This document shows, piece after piece, positions 18,119-26,634 of a stretch of 40,979 nt of DNA (positions are counted from its first letter, which is position 1; every line of letters starts with the position of its first letter). The DNA comes from a virus. Lineage: Duplodnaviria > Caudoviricetes. The stretch covers positions 1-40,979 of IMG/VR virus record IMGVR_UViG_3300049828_000132. One strand, given 5' to 3'. The notes beneath the pieces were generated by a model. The model saw only the letters and a list, made by a program, of their open reading frames with translations. It searched no databases and was not told the DNA's origin. Both the position numbers and the translations under genes were made by a program.

Positions 18119-18324
18119 GCCGAGATTTCCGGGTTCATGCTTACCAGCCTCCCCCCGGATTGCGCGTCGTCCGATGTGAAAATTCACGGGCACATCGGAG
18201 TCAGCGATCTCGGCCTTGTTGCCAGGTGGTCAGCCCAGCGCGGAGGTAGGGAGGCTCCCGTTTTGCAGAGGGTGTGAGTTGGGTTCACACCCTTTGCAAA
18301 ACGCCCTGGGCGCGAGGCCCAGGG
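18119..18324 (-). ncRNA. Candidate structured non-coding RNA / cis-regulatory element
   Basis: Three-way junction 18119-18214, 19-bp hairpin 18259-18303, 8-bp hairpin 18304-18324, loop complementary to 18249-18256; strand inferred from flanking genes. Confidence 0.45.
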
Positions 18325-18338
18325 AGTCGTGCCCACGG

Positions 18339-18884
18339 TTACACCAGGTCGTCGGCGGTTTCGCCTTCAACCGAGTCGAACTCGTCGTCGGACGCTGCAC
18401 CGCCGCCGGCGAAGGCGTCGCCGTCCTTCAGGAACTGCACACCGCGCAGGCTCGCGTTGATCCGCTTGCCGTAGTTGTTGTCCTGGGGCCAGAGTTCGAT
18501 GGACGCGTTGACGTAGCAGCCGGCGTAGGGCTTGCCGTCCTGGCTGGTCAGTGGCGACTTGTCGCGGTCGATCACCAGAGGGCGGGACTTGTTGCGCGAG
18601 GACACGAACATGTTGCCCTCGAAGCCGGCATAGTCGGCCTTGGTGTCACCGTCGTGCAGCGCGTAGCGGTCCTTGGCCTCGATCTCCTTCTTGACCGTGG
18701 GCCACTTGGCACCCCACTTGTCTTTGCCGATGGCCTCGAAGGCTTCGCGCAGGGCTTTGACGCCGGGGTGGTTGGGGGCCATCAGGAAGCTGGCGCTGAA
18801 GGCGGGTTCGCCCTCGCCGTTGACGGTCTTGGCCTCGAACAGGTTGGGGAACGCGAGGCGGACATTTTCAAGTTTGATTTTCAT
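18339..18884 (-). CDS. Single-stranded DNA-binding protein (DUF2815 / T7 gp2.5-like)
   Basis: VRLAFPNLF, DGD, YAGCYVNASI, LRGVQF.KDGD.F and an acidic C-terminal tail. Confidence 0.9.
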   Translation of the reverse strand: MKIKLENVRLAFPNLFEAKTVNGEGEPAFSASFLMAPNHPGVKALREAFEAIGKDKWGAKWPTVKKEIEAKDRYALHDGDTKADYAGFEGNMFVSSRNKSRPLVIDRDKSPLTSQDGKPYAGCYVNASIELWPQDNNYGKRINASLRGVQFLKDGDAFAGGGAASDDEFDSVEGETADDLV

Positions 18885-18885
18885 T

Positions 18886-19047
18886 TCAGTGGTCTTTCGT
18901 AAAGAATTTTGGGAACAGGTCTTTGATCCGCTGGTTGGCTTTCTCGATGGCCTTCACGCGCGCCAGCGGATCGGCCGGCGTGATAGGGGTCTGGGCTGCA
19001 CGTTTCAGTAGGTCGATGGCCTCCTGGGGTAGTCGTCCTTGGTTCAT
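18886..19047 (-). CDS. Hypothetical protein (53 aa; not in ORF track)
   Basis: Translated by hand: MNQGRLPQEAIDLLKRAAQTP...RIKDLFPKFFTKDH; exactly fills the gap between exonuclease and SSB genes. Confidence 0.65.
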   Translation of the reverse strand: MNQGRLPQEAIDLLKRAAQTPITPADPLARVKAIEKANQRIKDLFPKFFTKDH

Positions 19048-19050
19048 GGA

Positions 19051-20271
19051 TTACCCCGCGATGTCTGCGAAGTCGTCCTCGACCGGCGTGAGCTGCAGGG
19101 CGGGGCGCTTGTCGGATACGGGGGCGACGCTGGGCTTGCCGTCGGTCTGGGTGATGAACGACTGCAGCGCAGCCCACTGGCGCGGACCCAGGGCCTCGGC
19201 CTTGGCGAGCTTCTCGGCGGTGGTCGGCGAGATCAGGTTGTAGTCGTACATCTGGTCGTGCTTGACGCGCATCGACTTGAGCGTGGCCTCGGCCTCGGCC
19301 TCGTTGGTCCACTTGCGCGCACCACGACGACCCTCGACCAACTTGAAGCCCGGCACGTCCTGGCCGTCGAGCAGGCGTCGCTCGGCTTCGGCGCGCACGG
19401 CCTTGCACCAGGACTCGATCAGGTCGACGGCTTCGAGGTGGCTCGCGATCACCGTCGGCTTGATGAACTCGGCGTCCTCCTTGAACAGGGTGACGCGGGT
19501 CTTGGTGACTTCGATGGCCTCGAAGTCAGCGCCGACGGTCTGCTCGACCTGGCGGGCCAGGGCCGGGCAGGTGGCTTTCGCCTTGCAAAACCGGCACTGC
19601 TTCTCGCCAGGTACCAGGTCCTCGATGCCGACAATCTGGGTGTCGATGATCTCGATGCACTTGGCGGCGGCGCGCTTGGCCTGGCCGGCGAAGGCCATCA
19701 GGTCCCCGACGCTGCACGACCACTCGCTCACGTGGCCCAGGCGCGGCTGGTGGATCACCATCACGACGCGCTCGAAGTCGCCGAGCATGCCGAACTCGGA
19801 CAAGGTGCCGAGCGCGTAGAGCATCATCTGCTCGTTCTCGTCGGCATCGACGCGCACGCCCTTGCCGTACTTCAGGTCGTGGACCTGGATTTCCGAGCCC
19901 TTGATGATGATCGCGTCGCTGGTGCCGAAGGACTCGGGCACGCCGACGTGCTCGCTGAACTCGACGCGCTGCTCGACCAGTAGCTGGCCGTCGATGGCGT
20001 ACTCGCGCACGTTGTCCAGGTAGACCTGGATGTGGCTGGCCATGTCGTCGTCGACGATGAACTCGGTGCCATCGACGTCGATGATCCGGCCGATGTAGGC
20101 GGCGGCGTCGTTGCCGGACTCCAGGGCCCAGGCCCCGAGCTCGTGCGCGGCGGTGCCTTCGTCGGCAAACTTGCTGGAGCTGCGTGGGAACGCGGCCTCC
20201 AAGTGCAGGCTGCCGGCGCAGCGCATCCAGCGGTGTGCGCCGGACGGTGACAGTTTGGCGTGGGCGGTCAT
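19051..20271 (-). CDS. DUF2800-family (Cas4-like PD-(D/E)XK) exonuclease
   Basis: [52 protein letters not shown]. Confidence 0.9.
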   Translation of the reverse strand: MTAHAKLSPSGAHRWMRCAGSLHLEAAFPRSSSKFADEGTAAHELGAWALESGNDAAAYIGRIIDVDGTEFIVDDDMASHIQVYLDNVREYAIDGQLLVEQRVEFSEHVGVPESFGTSDAIIIKGSEIQVHDLKYGKGVRVDADENEQMMLYALGTLSEFGMLGDFERVVMVIHQPRLGHVSEWSCSVGDLMAFAGQAKRAAAKCIEIIDTQIVGIEDLVPGEKQCRFCKAKATCPALARQVEQTVGADFEAIEVTKTRVTLFKEDAEFIKPTVIASHLEAVDLIESWCKAVRAEAERRLLDGQDVPGFKLVEGRRGARKWTNEAEAEATLKSMRVKHDQMYDYNLISPTTAEKLAKAEALGPRQWAALQSFITQTDGKPSVAPVSDKRPALQLTPVEDDFADIAG

Positions 20272-20468
20272 GCTGCGGCCCTCCCGTAGGCAGCCTTCAC
20301 GACCGCCTTGAGCGCACGGTACTGGCCGCGTGTGGTGTCGGCAGCGTTCACGATGCGCACGTTGCCCAGGCCCAGGTCAATCGAGTGGGTGTGCCTGGCG
20401 GGCAGGCCCTTGCGGGCGGTGATGGTTTCGGCCAGTCGGCGCATGGCCTTGGCTTTCTTGCCGTTCAT
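20268..20468 (-). CDS. Hypothetical basic protein
   Basis: 66-aa [14 protein letters not shown]..., coupled to neighbours. Confidence 0.7.
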   Translation of the reverse strand: MNGKKAKAMRRLAETITARKGLPARHTHSIDLGLGNVRIVNAADTTRGQYRALKAVVKAAYGRAAA

Positions 20469-20469
20469 T

Positions 20470-20901
20470 TCAGGCCATCGCTTTCTTCACGGCGGCGAGC
20501 ACGGCGGCGAACTGCTCGGGCTTGAGCTCGGGGACCTTGGCGACCTTGAACTCGCCCAGCACGGCGACGGCGGCGTCGCGGCCCTTGGCCTTGGCCAGGC
20601 CGATGATCGCGGCGTTCACGTCGGCGACGGCAATGGCCGGGGCGTCATCCGCAGCGGGCTGCGTTTCAGCTTCGACGGGTTTTGTCTCGGGTTCGGACGC
20701 CTTTGTCTCGGTCTTGGTGGCTTTTGTTTCAGCTTTGGCCACCTTCTCGGGCTTGGCCACGACCGGGGTGCCGGCGGCGACCACGGTGTCGACCGCATCG
20801 GAGTTGTCGATGGCCACGGCCTGCTTGTTCAGCTTGGACCAGACCGCGATCAGCTCGCGCATGACGTTGGTGTTCTCTTGGATGACGGCTTCGAGGGACA
20901 T
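20470..20901 (-). CDS. Hypothetical replication-module protein
   Basis: MSLEAVIQENT, an Ala/Glu/Lys linker and a helical C-terminus (VLGEFKVAKVPELKPEQF); strong AAAGGA RBS. Confidence 0.8.
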   Translation of the reverse strand: MSLEAVIQENTNVMRELIAVWSKLNKQAVAIDNSDAVDTVVAAGTPVVAKPEKVAKAETKATKTETKASEPETKPVEAETQPAADDAPAIAVADVNAAIIGLAKAKGRDAAVAVLGEFKVAKVPELKPEQFAAVLAAVKKAMA

Positions 20902-20911
20902 GGTTTTCCTT

Positions 20912-21247
20912 TCAGAGGGTTTCGGTGATGAGGGTGTTGATCCGGGCGATGACGTCGCCCGCGTCGTTGGCGATGTCGTAGAACTTGTCGGCGCGTTCGA
21001 GCTTCTGGCGCAGGACCTTGATATAGGTGGCGTTGTGGTCGTCGAGCAGGTCGAGCAGCGGGCGCAGGTCCTTGAGCTCCAGGCTGTGCTCGGTGATGGC
21101 GTCCTCGATCTCGGCCAGGCCGACCAGGCGCGCGAAGCGCGTGGTCAGCTCGATCTCGATCTCGGTCGTGGTCAGCGGGTCGCGGGCGTTGTCCGCATGG
21201 AGCAGCAGCTCGCGGTCGGACAACATGGACAGGCGGGTGTGGTCCAT
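20912..21247 (-). CDS. Hypothetical protein
   Basis: 111-aa ORF in operon orientation with phage-like codon usage. Confidence 0.75.
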   Translation of the reverse strand: MDHTRLSMLSDRELLLHADNARDPLTTTEIEIELTTRFARLVGLAEIEDAITEHSLELKDLRPLLDLLDDHNATYIKVLRQKLERADKFYDIANDAGDVIARINTLITETL

Positions 21248-21248
21248 G

Positions 21249-21350
21249 TCAGGCCACCAGCACGTCGAAGTAGGCGAGCGCGCCGACGGTCAAGGCCAGG
21301 CCGATGAACACGGCGGTGGCGTAGTCGGCGAAGGTGGATTTCTGGGTCAT
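21249..21350 (-). CDS. 33-aa single-TM peptide, first gene of the leftward early operon
   Basis: Translated by hand: MTQKSTFADYATAVFIGLALTVGALAYFDVLVA; AAAGGA RBS upstream. Confidence 0.65.
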   Translation of the reverse strand: MTQKSTFADYATAVFIGLALTVGALAYFDVLVA

Positions 21351-21370
21351 AGCAGGAGGTCCTTTCGGTA

Positions 21371-21458
21371 GTTGTGGTCACAACCTCGTCGGGTTGTTGG
21401 TTGTATTGTGGCACAAGTTTCGGGTTGTGGGCAACAAGCGCACAACTTTTTTCTTGTG
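21371..21458. promoter_or_regulatory. Putative operator cluster of the leftward early promoter
   Basis: CACAA-N8-TTGTG at 21412-21429 and 21441-21458, GTTGTGGTCACAAC palindrome at 21371-21384; AT-rich non-coding DNA. Confidence 0.55.
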
Positions 21459-21516
21459 GGTATGGGCGCAAAAAAGCGCTTCACTCGGAAGCGCTTGATT
21501 TAGTTAGGGAAAGTCC

Positions 21517-22329
21517 CTATTCGCTGGGGTGGTCCGAATCGGCCTCACCGGTGGCGTCCAGGGTGAGCGCGCCCAGGGAGAACTCGGCCCTGGCGGTGGA
21601 CTCCTCGGGTGGTTCGGCTTCGAGTCGGTCGATCAGGTGGCCGGCTGCGGTCATGGAGCTCACCGAATGGGCGGTGATGCCCAGCACGCCGGCGTCGAAC
21701 ATGACGCGCTGCATGGACGTGTTGTGCATCGGGGCGTTGCTCTCATTGACAACGATTAGCACGTACTCGCGCTTGGACTCGATGACCTGGGCGATGCTGC
21801 GGGCCACGACCAGTTGCAGCATGGCCGGGGCGAACTGCTGCCAGGTGAAGTATTTGTTGGAGGGTGCGCGCTTGATCTCGATGGCGAAGCGCGGCGATAG
21901 GTAGTCGAGCTGGCGGGCCGTGGCCCCGACGGCGATCTTGCGATCCAGGTATTGGTGCAGTCGCTCGGGCAGGGCGTCGCGCAGGTCACGCCTTGCGTGT
22001 TCGATGCGGTCGAGCATGTCCCGCACGCGTTGGTGGGACTCCTCGAACGCGGCGATGGCCTCGTCGCGGGTGAGTGCTGGCTGGGTGGGTTTAAGGTATT
22101 GAGCCACCTCCCTGGCCGACTTGGTGAACATGGGTGGCGTGGTCGCCAGCAGCTTGTCGCGTCCAAGTATTTGCAGCAGTCGATCCAAGCGGTCGCGCCT
22201 GGGCTGCGAGCTGCCGGCCTCCCAGTTGGCGACGGCCTGCTGCGACACGTCGAGCATCTTGGCGAGCTGCTCCTGCGAGAGCTGCTGCTTTTCGCGCTCC
22301 TGGCGGATCGTTTCCCCGAGGGTGGGCAT
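21517..22329 (-). CDS. CI-like repressor: XRE HTH plus atypical C-terminal domain
   Basis: IRQEREKQQLSQEQLAKMLDVSQQAVANWEAG HTH; divergent from a Cro-like gene. Confidence 0.82.
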   Translation of the reverse strand: MPTLGETIRQEREKQQLSQEQLAKMLDVSQQAVANWEAGSSQPRRDRLDRLLQILGRDKLLATTPPMFTKSAREVAQYLKPTQPALTRDEAIAAFEESHQRVRDMLDRIEHARRDLRDALPERLHQYLDRKIAVGATARQLDYLSPRFAIEIKRAPSNKYFTWQQFAPAMLQLVVARSIAQVIESKREYVLIVVNESNAPMHNTSMQRVMFDAGVLGITAHSVSSMTAAGHLIDRLEAEPPEESTARAEFSLGALTLDATGEADSDHPSE

Positions 22330-22468
22330 CAGTTACTACCAGTTGGTTGTTGATTGCAGTCTACGCGGACAACTCAGCGGGGTCAATCCACAAGTCGGTT
22401 TGCTTGTACAATCAATTGATCGGTTGTAAGATCGACCGACAAAACAACAACTTACTTTCACCAGCATC
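22330..22468. promoter_or_regulatory. Divergent CI/Cro promoter-operator region
   Basis: AT-rich intergenic region between divergent HTH genes, with many ACAA/TTGT half-sites. Confidence 0.65.
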
Positions 22469-22714
22469 ATGACTATCAACACCAACTCGGGCATCGCCGA
22501 CGCCCTTCAGCAAGCCGGCAACCAGGCGACCCTCGCCGAACGGCTGGGCGTGTCCCAGCAGGCCATCTCGATCTGGCTGCGCCGTGGCTGGGTGCCCGTG
22601 CGCCGGGCCTTGGAGATTGAGGCGCAGTTCGGCGTGCCGCGTGCGCGCCTGATCTCGCCCCGCCTGGCCGACCTGGTGGACTTGCGCGAGTCCGAGGGTG
22701 GGGCGTGTGACTGA
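22469..22714 (+). CDS. Cro-like (YdaS-type) HTH protein
   Basis: AGNQATLAERLGVSQQAISIW...VPVRRALEIE...GVPRARL. Confidence 0.85.
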   Translation: MTINTNSGIADALQQAGNQATLAERLGVSQQAISIWLRRGWVPVRRALEIEAQFGVPRARLISPRLADLVDLRESEGGACD

Positions 22715-23958
22715 TGCGATTCGGATCAGTCTGCAGTGGCATTGAAGCCGCGAGCGTTGCATGGCACCCCCTTGGATGGGAGGCGGCCTGGTTGTCCGAG
22801 ATCGAGCCGTTCCCCTCGGCCGTCCTGAATCACCACTACCCCGATGTCCCGAACCTCGGCGACATGACGACACTGCCCGACCGCATCGCCCGCGGTGAGG
22901 TCGAGGCACCAGACCTGTTCTGCGGTGGCACCCCGTGCCAAGCCTTTTCCGTGGCCGGCCTGCGCAAGTCCTTGGACGATGCTCGCGGCAACCTGTCCTT
23001 AGTTTTCTGCGAGATCGCCAATGCAATCGACACAATCCGCCTCCAGCGCCAGCATCAACCCGCTGTTATTTTCTGGGAGAACGTGCCCGGAGTTCTCAAC
23101 ACCAAAGACAACGCCTTTGGATGCTTTCTTGGGGCCCTTGCAGGGGAAGTCGAGGAACTGGAACCGCCAGGGGGGAAGTGGACGAACGCTGGTTGCGTGT
23201 CTGGTCCCACGAGAACAGTCGCGTGGCGGGTACTTGATGCCCAATATTTCGGAGTGGCCCAACGACGCCGCCGTGTGTTCGTTGTCGCAAGTGCTCGAAC
23301 AGACTTTGATCCCACCTCGGTTCTTTTTGAGCTCGACGGCGTGCGCCGGGATATTGCGCCGAGCCGAGAAGCGGGGAAAGTCGCTCCCACCATCCCTTCA
23401 CGAAGCTCTGCTGGCGGTGGCCTCGGGACTGACTTCGATCTCGACGGAGGATTGCTGCGAGTTGCAGGAACCCTAACGGCCAACACCGGGGGGATGACAC
23501 GCCCCGCTGGCAATGCCAACGAGTTGGACTTCTGCATCCCGGTGGCTTTTCACCCGACACAAGACCCGATTAGTAGCATCGACGGCACCACCCATGCGAT
23601 GGGTTGCGGATCAAAGAGCGGTACGGCGACGGTCGGTGTCGCGTACACCACAAAGCTGCACAACACTCAAAGCAACAACGCCGGGAAAGTCTTTGAGGAG
23701 CGAAGCCCATGCCTTGATGCCAACAGCCCGGCACCAGCGTTGTTGACTGCTACGGCTGTGCGCCGCCTTACCCCCGTGGAGTGCGAGCGCCTTCAGGGCT
23801 TCCCTGACCACTACACCTCAATCTCGTGGCGCGGCAAAGCCGCCGACGCATGCCCCGATGGCCCTCGGTACAAAGCCCTTGGCAACTCTTGGGCTGTGCC
23901 CAATGTTCGCTGGATCGGCGCACGCATTGAGAACGAAATCGTCGGCGGACTGGTCTGA
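22714..23958 (+). CDS. DNA (cytosine-5) methyltransferase
   Basis: VCSGIEA (motif I variant), GGTPCQAFS (IV), WENVPG (VI), QRRRRVFVV (VIII), RRLTPVECERLQGFP, YKALGNSWAVP (X). Confidence 0.93.
   Translation: MRFGSVCSGIEAASVAWHPLGWEAAWLSEIEPFPSAVLNHHYPDVPNLGDMTTLPDRIARGEVEAPDLFCGGTPCQAFSVAGLRKSLDDARGNLSLVFCEIANAIDTIRLQRQHQPAVIFWENVPGVLNTKDNAFGCFLGALAGEVEELEPPGGKWTNAGCVSGPTRTVAWRVLDAQYFGVAQRRRRVFVVASARTDFDPTSVLFELDGVRRDIAPSREAGKVAPTIPSRSSAGGGLGTDFDLDGGLLRVAGTLTANTGGMTRPAGNANELDFCIPVAFHPTQDPISSIDGTTHAMGCGSKSGTATVGVAYTTKLHNTQSNNAGKVFEERSPCLDANSPAPALLTATAVRRLTPVECERLQGFPDHYTSISWRGKAADACPDGPRYKALGNSWAVPNVRWIGARIENEIVGGLV
23021..23476 (+). CDS. Nested alternative-frame ORF inside the C5 MTase (M.EcoHK31I beta-polypeptide-like); start uncertain
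   Basis: 151-codon +1-frame ORF containing EWPNDAAVCSLSQVLE..IPPRFFLSSTACAGILRRAEKRGKSLP; codon bias looks relaxed in this part of the MTase. Confidence 0.6.
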   Translation: MQSTQSASSASINPLLFSGRTCPEFSTPKTTPLDAFLGPLQGKSRNWNRQGGSGRTLVACLVPREQSRGGYLMPNISEWPNDAAVCSLSQVLEQTLIPPRFFLSSTACAGILRRAEKRGKSLPPSLHEALLAVASGLTSISTEDCCELQEP

Positions 23959-23988
23959 CCTGCATCACCCATAAAAATCAAGAACGCT

Positions 23989-26142
23989 ATGGCCTCTATT
24001 CCTGCTTACGGTGCCAGTCCCGACGACTGGACCCACTTCGACCTGGCGCTGGGCCTGGGCTCGGACCTGTTGCCGGTGGTGTCGAACCCGCTGGCCGAGC
24101 TGTCGCCCGAGTCCAAGCTGAAGGAACTCGGCAAGACCCCGAGCCGCTATAACGCCAAGCGCCAAGCAGTGGGCATCGCCGGCTGGACCTCACACCAGGC
24201 CAGCGACGGCGACATCGCCCGCTGGTCCCGCGATGGTGACCTGGGCATCTGCTTGCAGACCCGCACGGTGCGCGCACTAGACATCGACGTTCCCGACCGC
24301 GAGCTGTCCGACGCGATCCTGAAGTTCGTCGAGGACCATCTGGGGATGTACCTACCGGCGCGCGTGCGCGGTAACTCGGGCAAGTGCCTGCTGGCCTTCA
24401 CGCTGCCGGGCGAGATGCCCAAGCGCAAGATGGTGGTGGAGGGCGGGATCGTCGAGTTCCTGGCCACCGGCCAGCAGTTCATCGCCATCGGCACGCACCC
24501 CAGCGGCACGCGCTACGAGTGGTTGGGCGGTCTGCCCGATCAGTTCCCCGAGCTGGAGCTCGCCGAGTTCGAGGCCCTGTGGTCGGCGCTGGCCGAGCGG
24601 TTTGCCATCGAGCCCGTCGAATCTGGCGAGCTGTCGATGCGCAAGCGCGGCGAGCACGTGGCGATGGACGATGACGTGGCCGACTTCCTGCACGGCAAGG
24701 GCCTGGTCATGGGCAAGGATCGCGACGGCGCGCTCCTGGTCAAGTGCCCCTGGGACGCGGACCACTCGACCGGCACGCCCGGCGACGGCTCGACGGTGTA
24801 CTTCCCAGCCGGCACGAACGGCTACGAGCAGGGCCACTTCAAATGCCTGCACGGCCACTGCGCCGGCAAGGGCGACTCGGACTTTGAGCACGCCATCGGC
24901 TACCTGGAGCAGGACTTCGCGGTCGTGGTGGCCGAGCCGAACGAGCCACTGCCGCTGCCGCCCTATAAGCGCGACGGCAAGGGCAAGATCGAGGCGAGCA
25001 TCGGCAACGTGGTGATGGCGCTGGTGCGCCCCGACCTGTGCGGGATGCAGATCAGGTACGACACGTTCCGCGACGAGATCATGTGGGCACCCGAGGGTGG
25101 CGACCAGTGGGCCGCGTTCACCGACTCGGACTACTCGCGTCTGCGCATCAAGATCGAGCGCACCGGCTTCAAGGCCGTGGGGCGCGAGCTGATCCGCGAC
25201 GCCGTGCTCCTGGTGGCCGACGAGCACCCATTCGACTCGGCCATCACCTGGCTGGATCAGCTCACGTGGGACGGCGTGCCGCGCGCCGAGAAGTTCCTGG
25301 CCCAGTATTTTGGCGCAGCCGACACGCCCTACACCGGGGCGGTGAGCAAATACCTATGGACCGCACTGGCGGGTCGGGTCGTCACTCCAGGCGTGAAGGC
25401 CGACATGGTGCCGATCCTGGTAGGCGGGCAGGGCGTGGGCAAGTCGACCGGCGTGGCCGCGATGGTGCCGTCCAACGACTTCTTCACCGAGGTGTCCTTC
25501 CACGAGAAGGAGGACGACCTGGCCAGGCGCATGCGCGGGCGTTTGCTGGGCGAGATCGGTGAGCTGCGCGGCCTGCACACCAAGGAACTCGAAACGATCA
25601 AGGCGTTTATCACCAGGACGCACGAGTCCTGGGTGCCCAAGTACCGGGAGTTTTCGGTCACGTTCCCCCGGCGCATCGTGTTCATTGGTACGACCAACAA
25701 GGACGAGTTCCTGGCCGACGAAACCGGAAATCGCCGGTGGCTGCCGGTGGCCGTGAGCCAGGCCGACGTCGAGGCGATCCGCCGGGATCGGCTGCAACTT
25801 TGGGCCGAGGGTCGGGTGATGTACGACCTGGTGGGCATTGATTATCAGGATGCCGAGGCGCTTGCCGGGGCGGTCCATGACGACCACACGATCCGGGATT
25901 CGTGGGAGGAGGCGGTCAACCACTGGCTTGATGATCCCGATCCCCTGACGGGCGAAACGCCTCGAACACGTAATTTTTTGCGCGTTGGTGAGGTGCTCAA
26001 GGGTGCGCTGGGGTTTGACCCGAGGCACGTCAATCGACGCGACGAGATACGCGCAGGCGCAGTTCTTCGCGCATTGGGCTATTCGCGTAAAAAATCGCGC
26101 GTTGATGGGGTGAGTGTCTGGGGGTTTGTTCCCAATCTTTGA
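23989..26142 (+). CDS. Primase-helicase (Prim-Pol N-terminus, Cys/His module, VirE/VapE SF3 helicase)
   Basis: ALDIDV, HPSGTRY, CPW...FKCLHGHC, GGQGVGKST (Walker A), FIGTTN, DETGNRRW. Confidence 0.9.
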   Translation: MASIPAYGASPDDWTHFDLALGLGSDLLPVVSNPLAELSPESKLKELGKTPSRYNAKRQAVGIAGWTSHQASDGDIARWSRDGDLGICLQTRTVRALDIDVPDRELSDAILKFVEDHLGMYLPARVRGNSGKCLLAFTLPGEMPKRKMVVEGGIVEFLATGQQFIAIGTHPSGTRYEWLGGLPDQFPELELAEFEALWSALAERFAIEPVESGELSMRKRGEHVAMDDDVADFLHGKGLVMGKDRDGALLVKCPWDADHSTGTPGDGSTVYFPAGTNGYEQGHFKCLHGHCAGKGDSDFEHAIGYLEQDFAVVVAEPNEPLPLPPYKRDGKGKIEASIGNVVMALVRPDLCGMQIRYDTFRDEIMWAPEGGDQWAAFTDSDYSRLRIKIERTGFKAVGRELIRDAVLLVADEHPFDSAITWLDQLTWDGVPRAEKFLAQYFGAADTPYTGAVSKYLWTALAGRVVTPGVKADMVPILVGGQGVGKSTGVAAMVPSNDFFTEVSFHEKEDDLARRMRGRLLGEIGELRGLHTKELETIKAFITRTHESWVPKYREFSVTFPRRIVFIGTTNKDEFLADETGNRRWLPVAVSQADVEAIRRDRLQLWAEGRVMYDLVGIDYQDAEALAGAVHDDHTIRDSWEEAVNHWLDDPDPLTGETPRTRNFLRVGEVLKGALGFDPRHVNRRDEIRAGAVLRALGYSRKKSRVDGVSVWGFVPNL

Positions 26143-26315
26143 GATGTTCCCGACCTTGTTTTGACATTGGGAACAGCACAAACCCGCATGGATAAAGGGA
26201 TGCCCCGATGTTCCCAATGTTCCTAACCTTTTCTCTAAAGGGTATGGAAATGACTAAAAGGTAGCTTTGGGGAAACATAGGAAAACGGTTGGGAACATTG
26301 GGAACATTGGGAACA
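26127..26315. repeat. Iteron-like 9-mer TTGGGAACA repeats; probable replication origin
   Basis: Direct copies at 26167, 26289, 26298, 26307; inverted copies or variants at 26127, 26145, 26209, 26218; AT-rich, immediately after the primase. Confidence 0.7.
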
Positions 26316-26350
26316 GCAAAAAATTACGTGTTCGAGAAAGGCGGCTATGG

Positions 26351-26587
26351 ATGAAGCGAATAGTAGGGGTCAATGAGCGCGGCCTGCGCGTCGGTGAAGA
26401 TCACCAGCACGCACGGCTGACCGATGCCGAGTGCGAGCTGATCCGGCAGATGCACGAGGGCGGGATGAGCTACAAGAAGCTGGCCGACAAGTTCGAGGTT
26501 GGCAAGTCGACCATCGCCGACATCGTGAAGATGCGACGGCGTGGTCAGTTCCCTGTGGATTGGCGGGTGGTGCGCGTAGTCGAGTGA
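26351..26587 (+). CDS. Small HTH DNA-binding protein, candidate late activator
   Basis: GEDHQHARLTDAE...IR...GMSYKKLADKFEVGKSTIADIV; sits at the early/late boundary. Confidence 0.75.
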   Translation: MKRIVGVNERGLRVGEDHQHARLTDAECELIRQMHEGGMSYKKLADKFEVGKSTIADIVKMRRRGQFPVDWRVVRVVE

Positions 26588-26601
26588 CGTTTGATTAGCC
26601 T
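26569..26601 (+). promoter_or_regulatory. Putative late promoter GGTGCGCGTA-N17-TAGCCT upstream of terS
   Basis: Motif copy with 17-nt spacing. Confidence 0.7.
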
Positions 26602-26634
26602 TTGAGCGATTGATTTTGTTCAAAGGATTCAAAC

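Noticed and set aside
18119-18260. Possible hammerhead or HDV-like ribozyme, or tRNA
   Set aside because: No CUGANGA/GAAA core, no consistent HDV P1-P3 nesting and no T-loop/cloverleaf found by eye; kept only as a generic structured element.
19051-20271. Cas4-like nuclease as evidence of a CRISPR system
   Set aside because: DUF2800-type exonuclease in its usual replication context; no array or other cas genes seen.
26267-26350. N-terminal extension (GNIGNIGN) of the HTH ORF
   Set aside because: It is a translation of the 9-nt iterons; ATG 26351 is the more plausible start.
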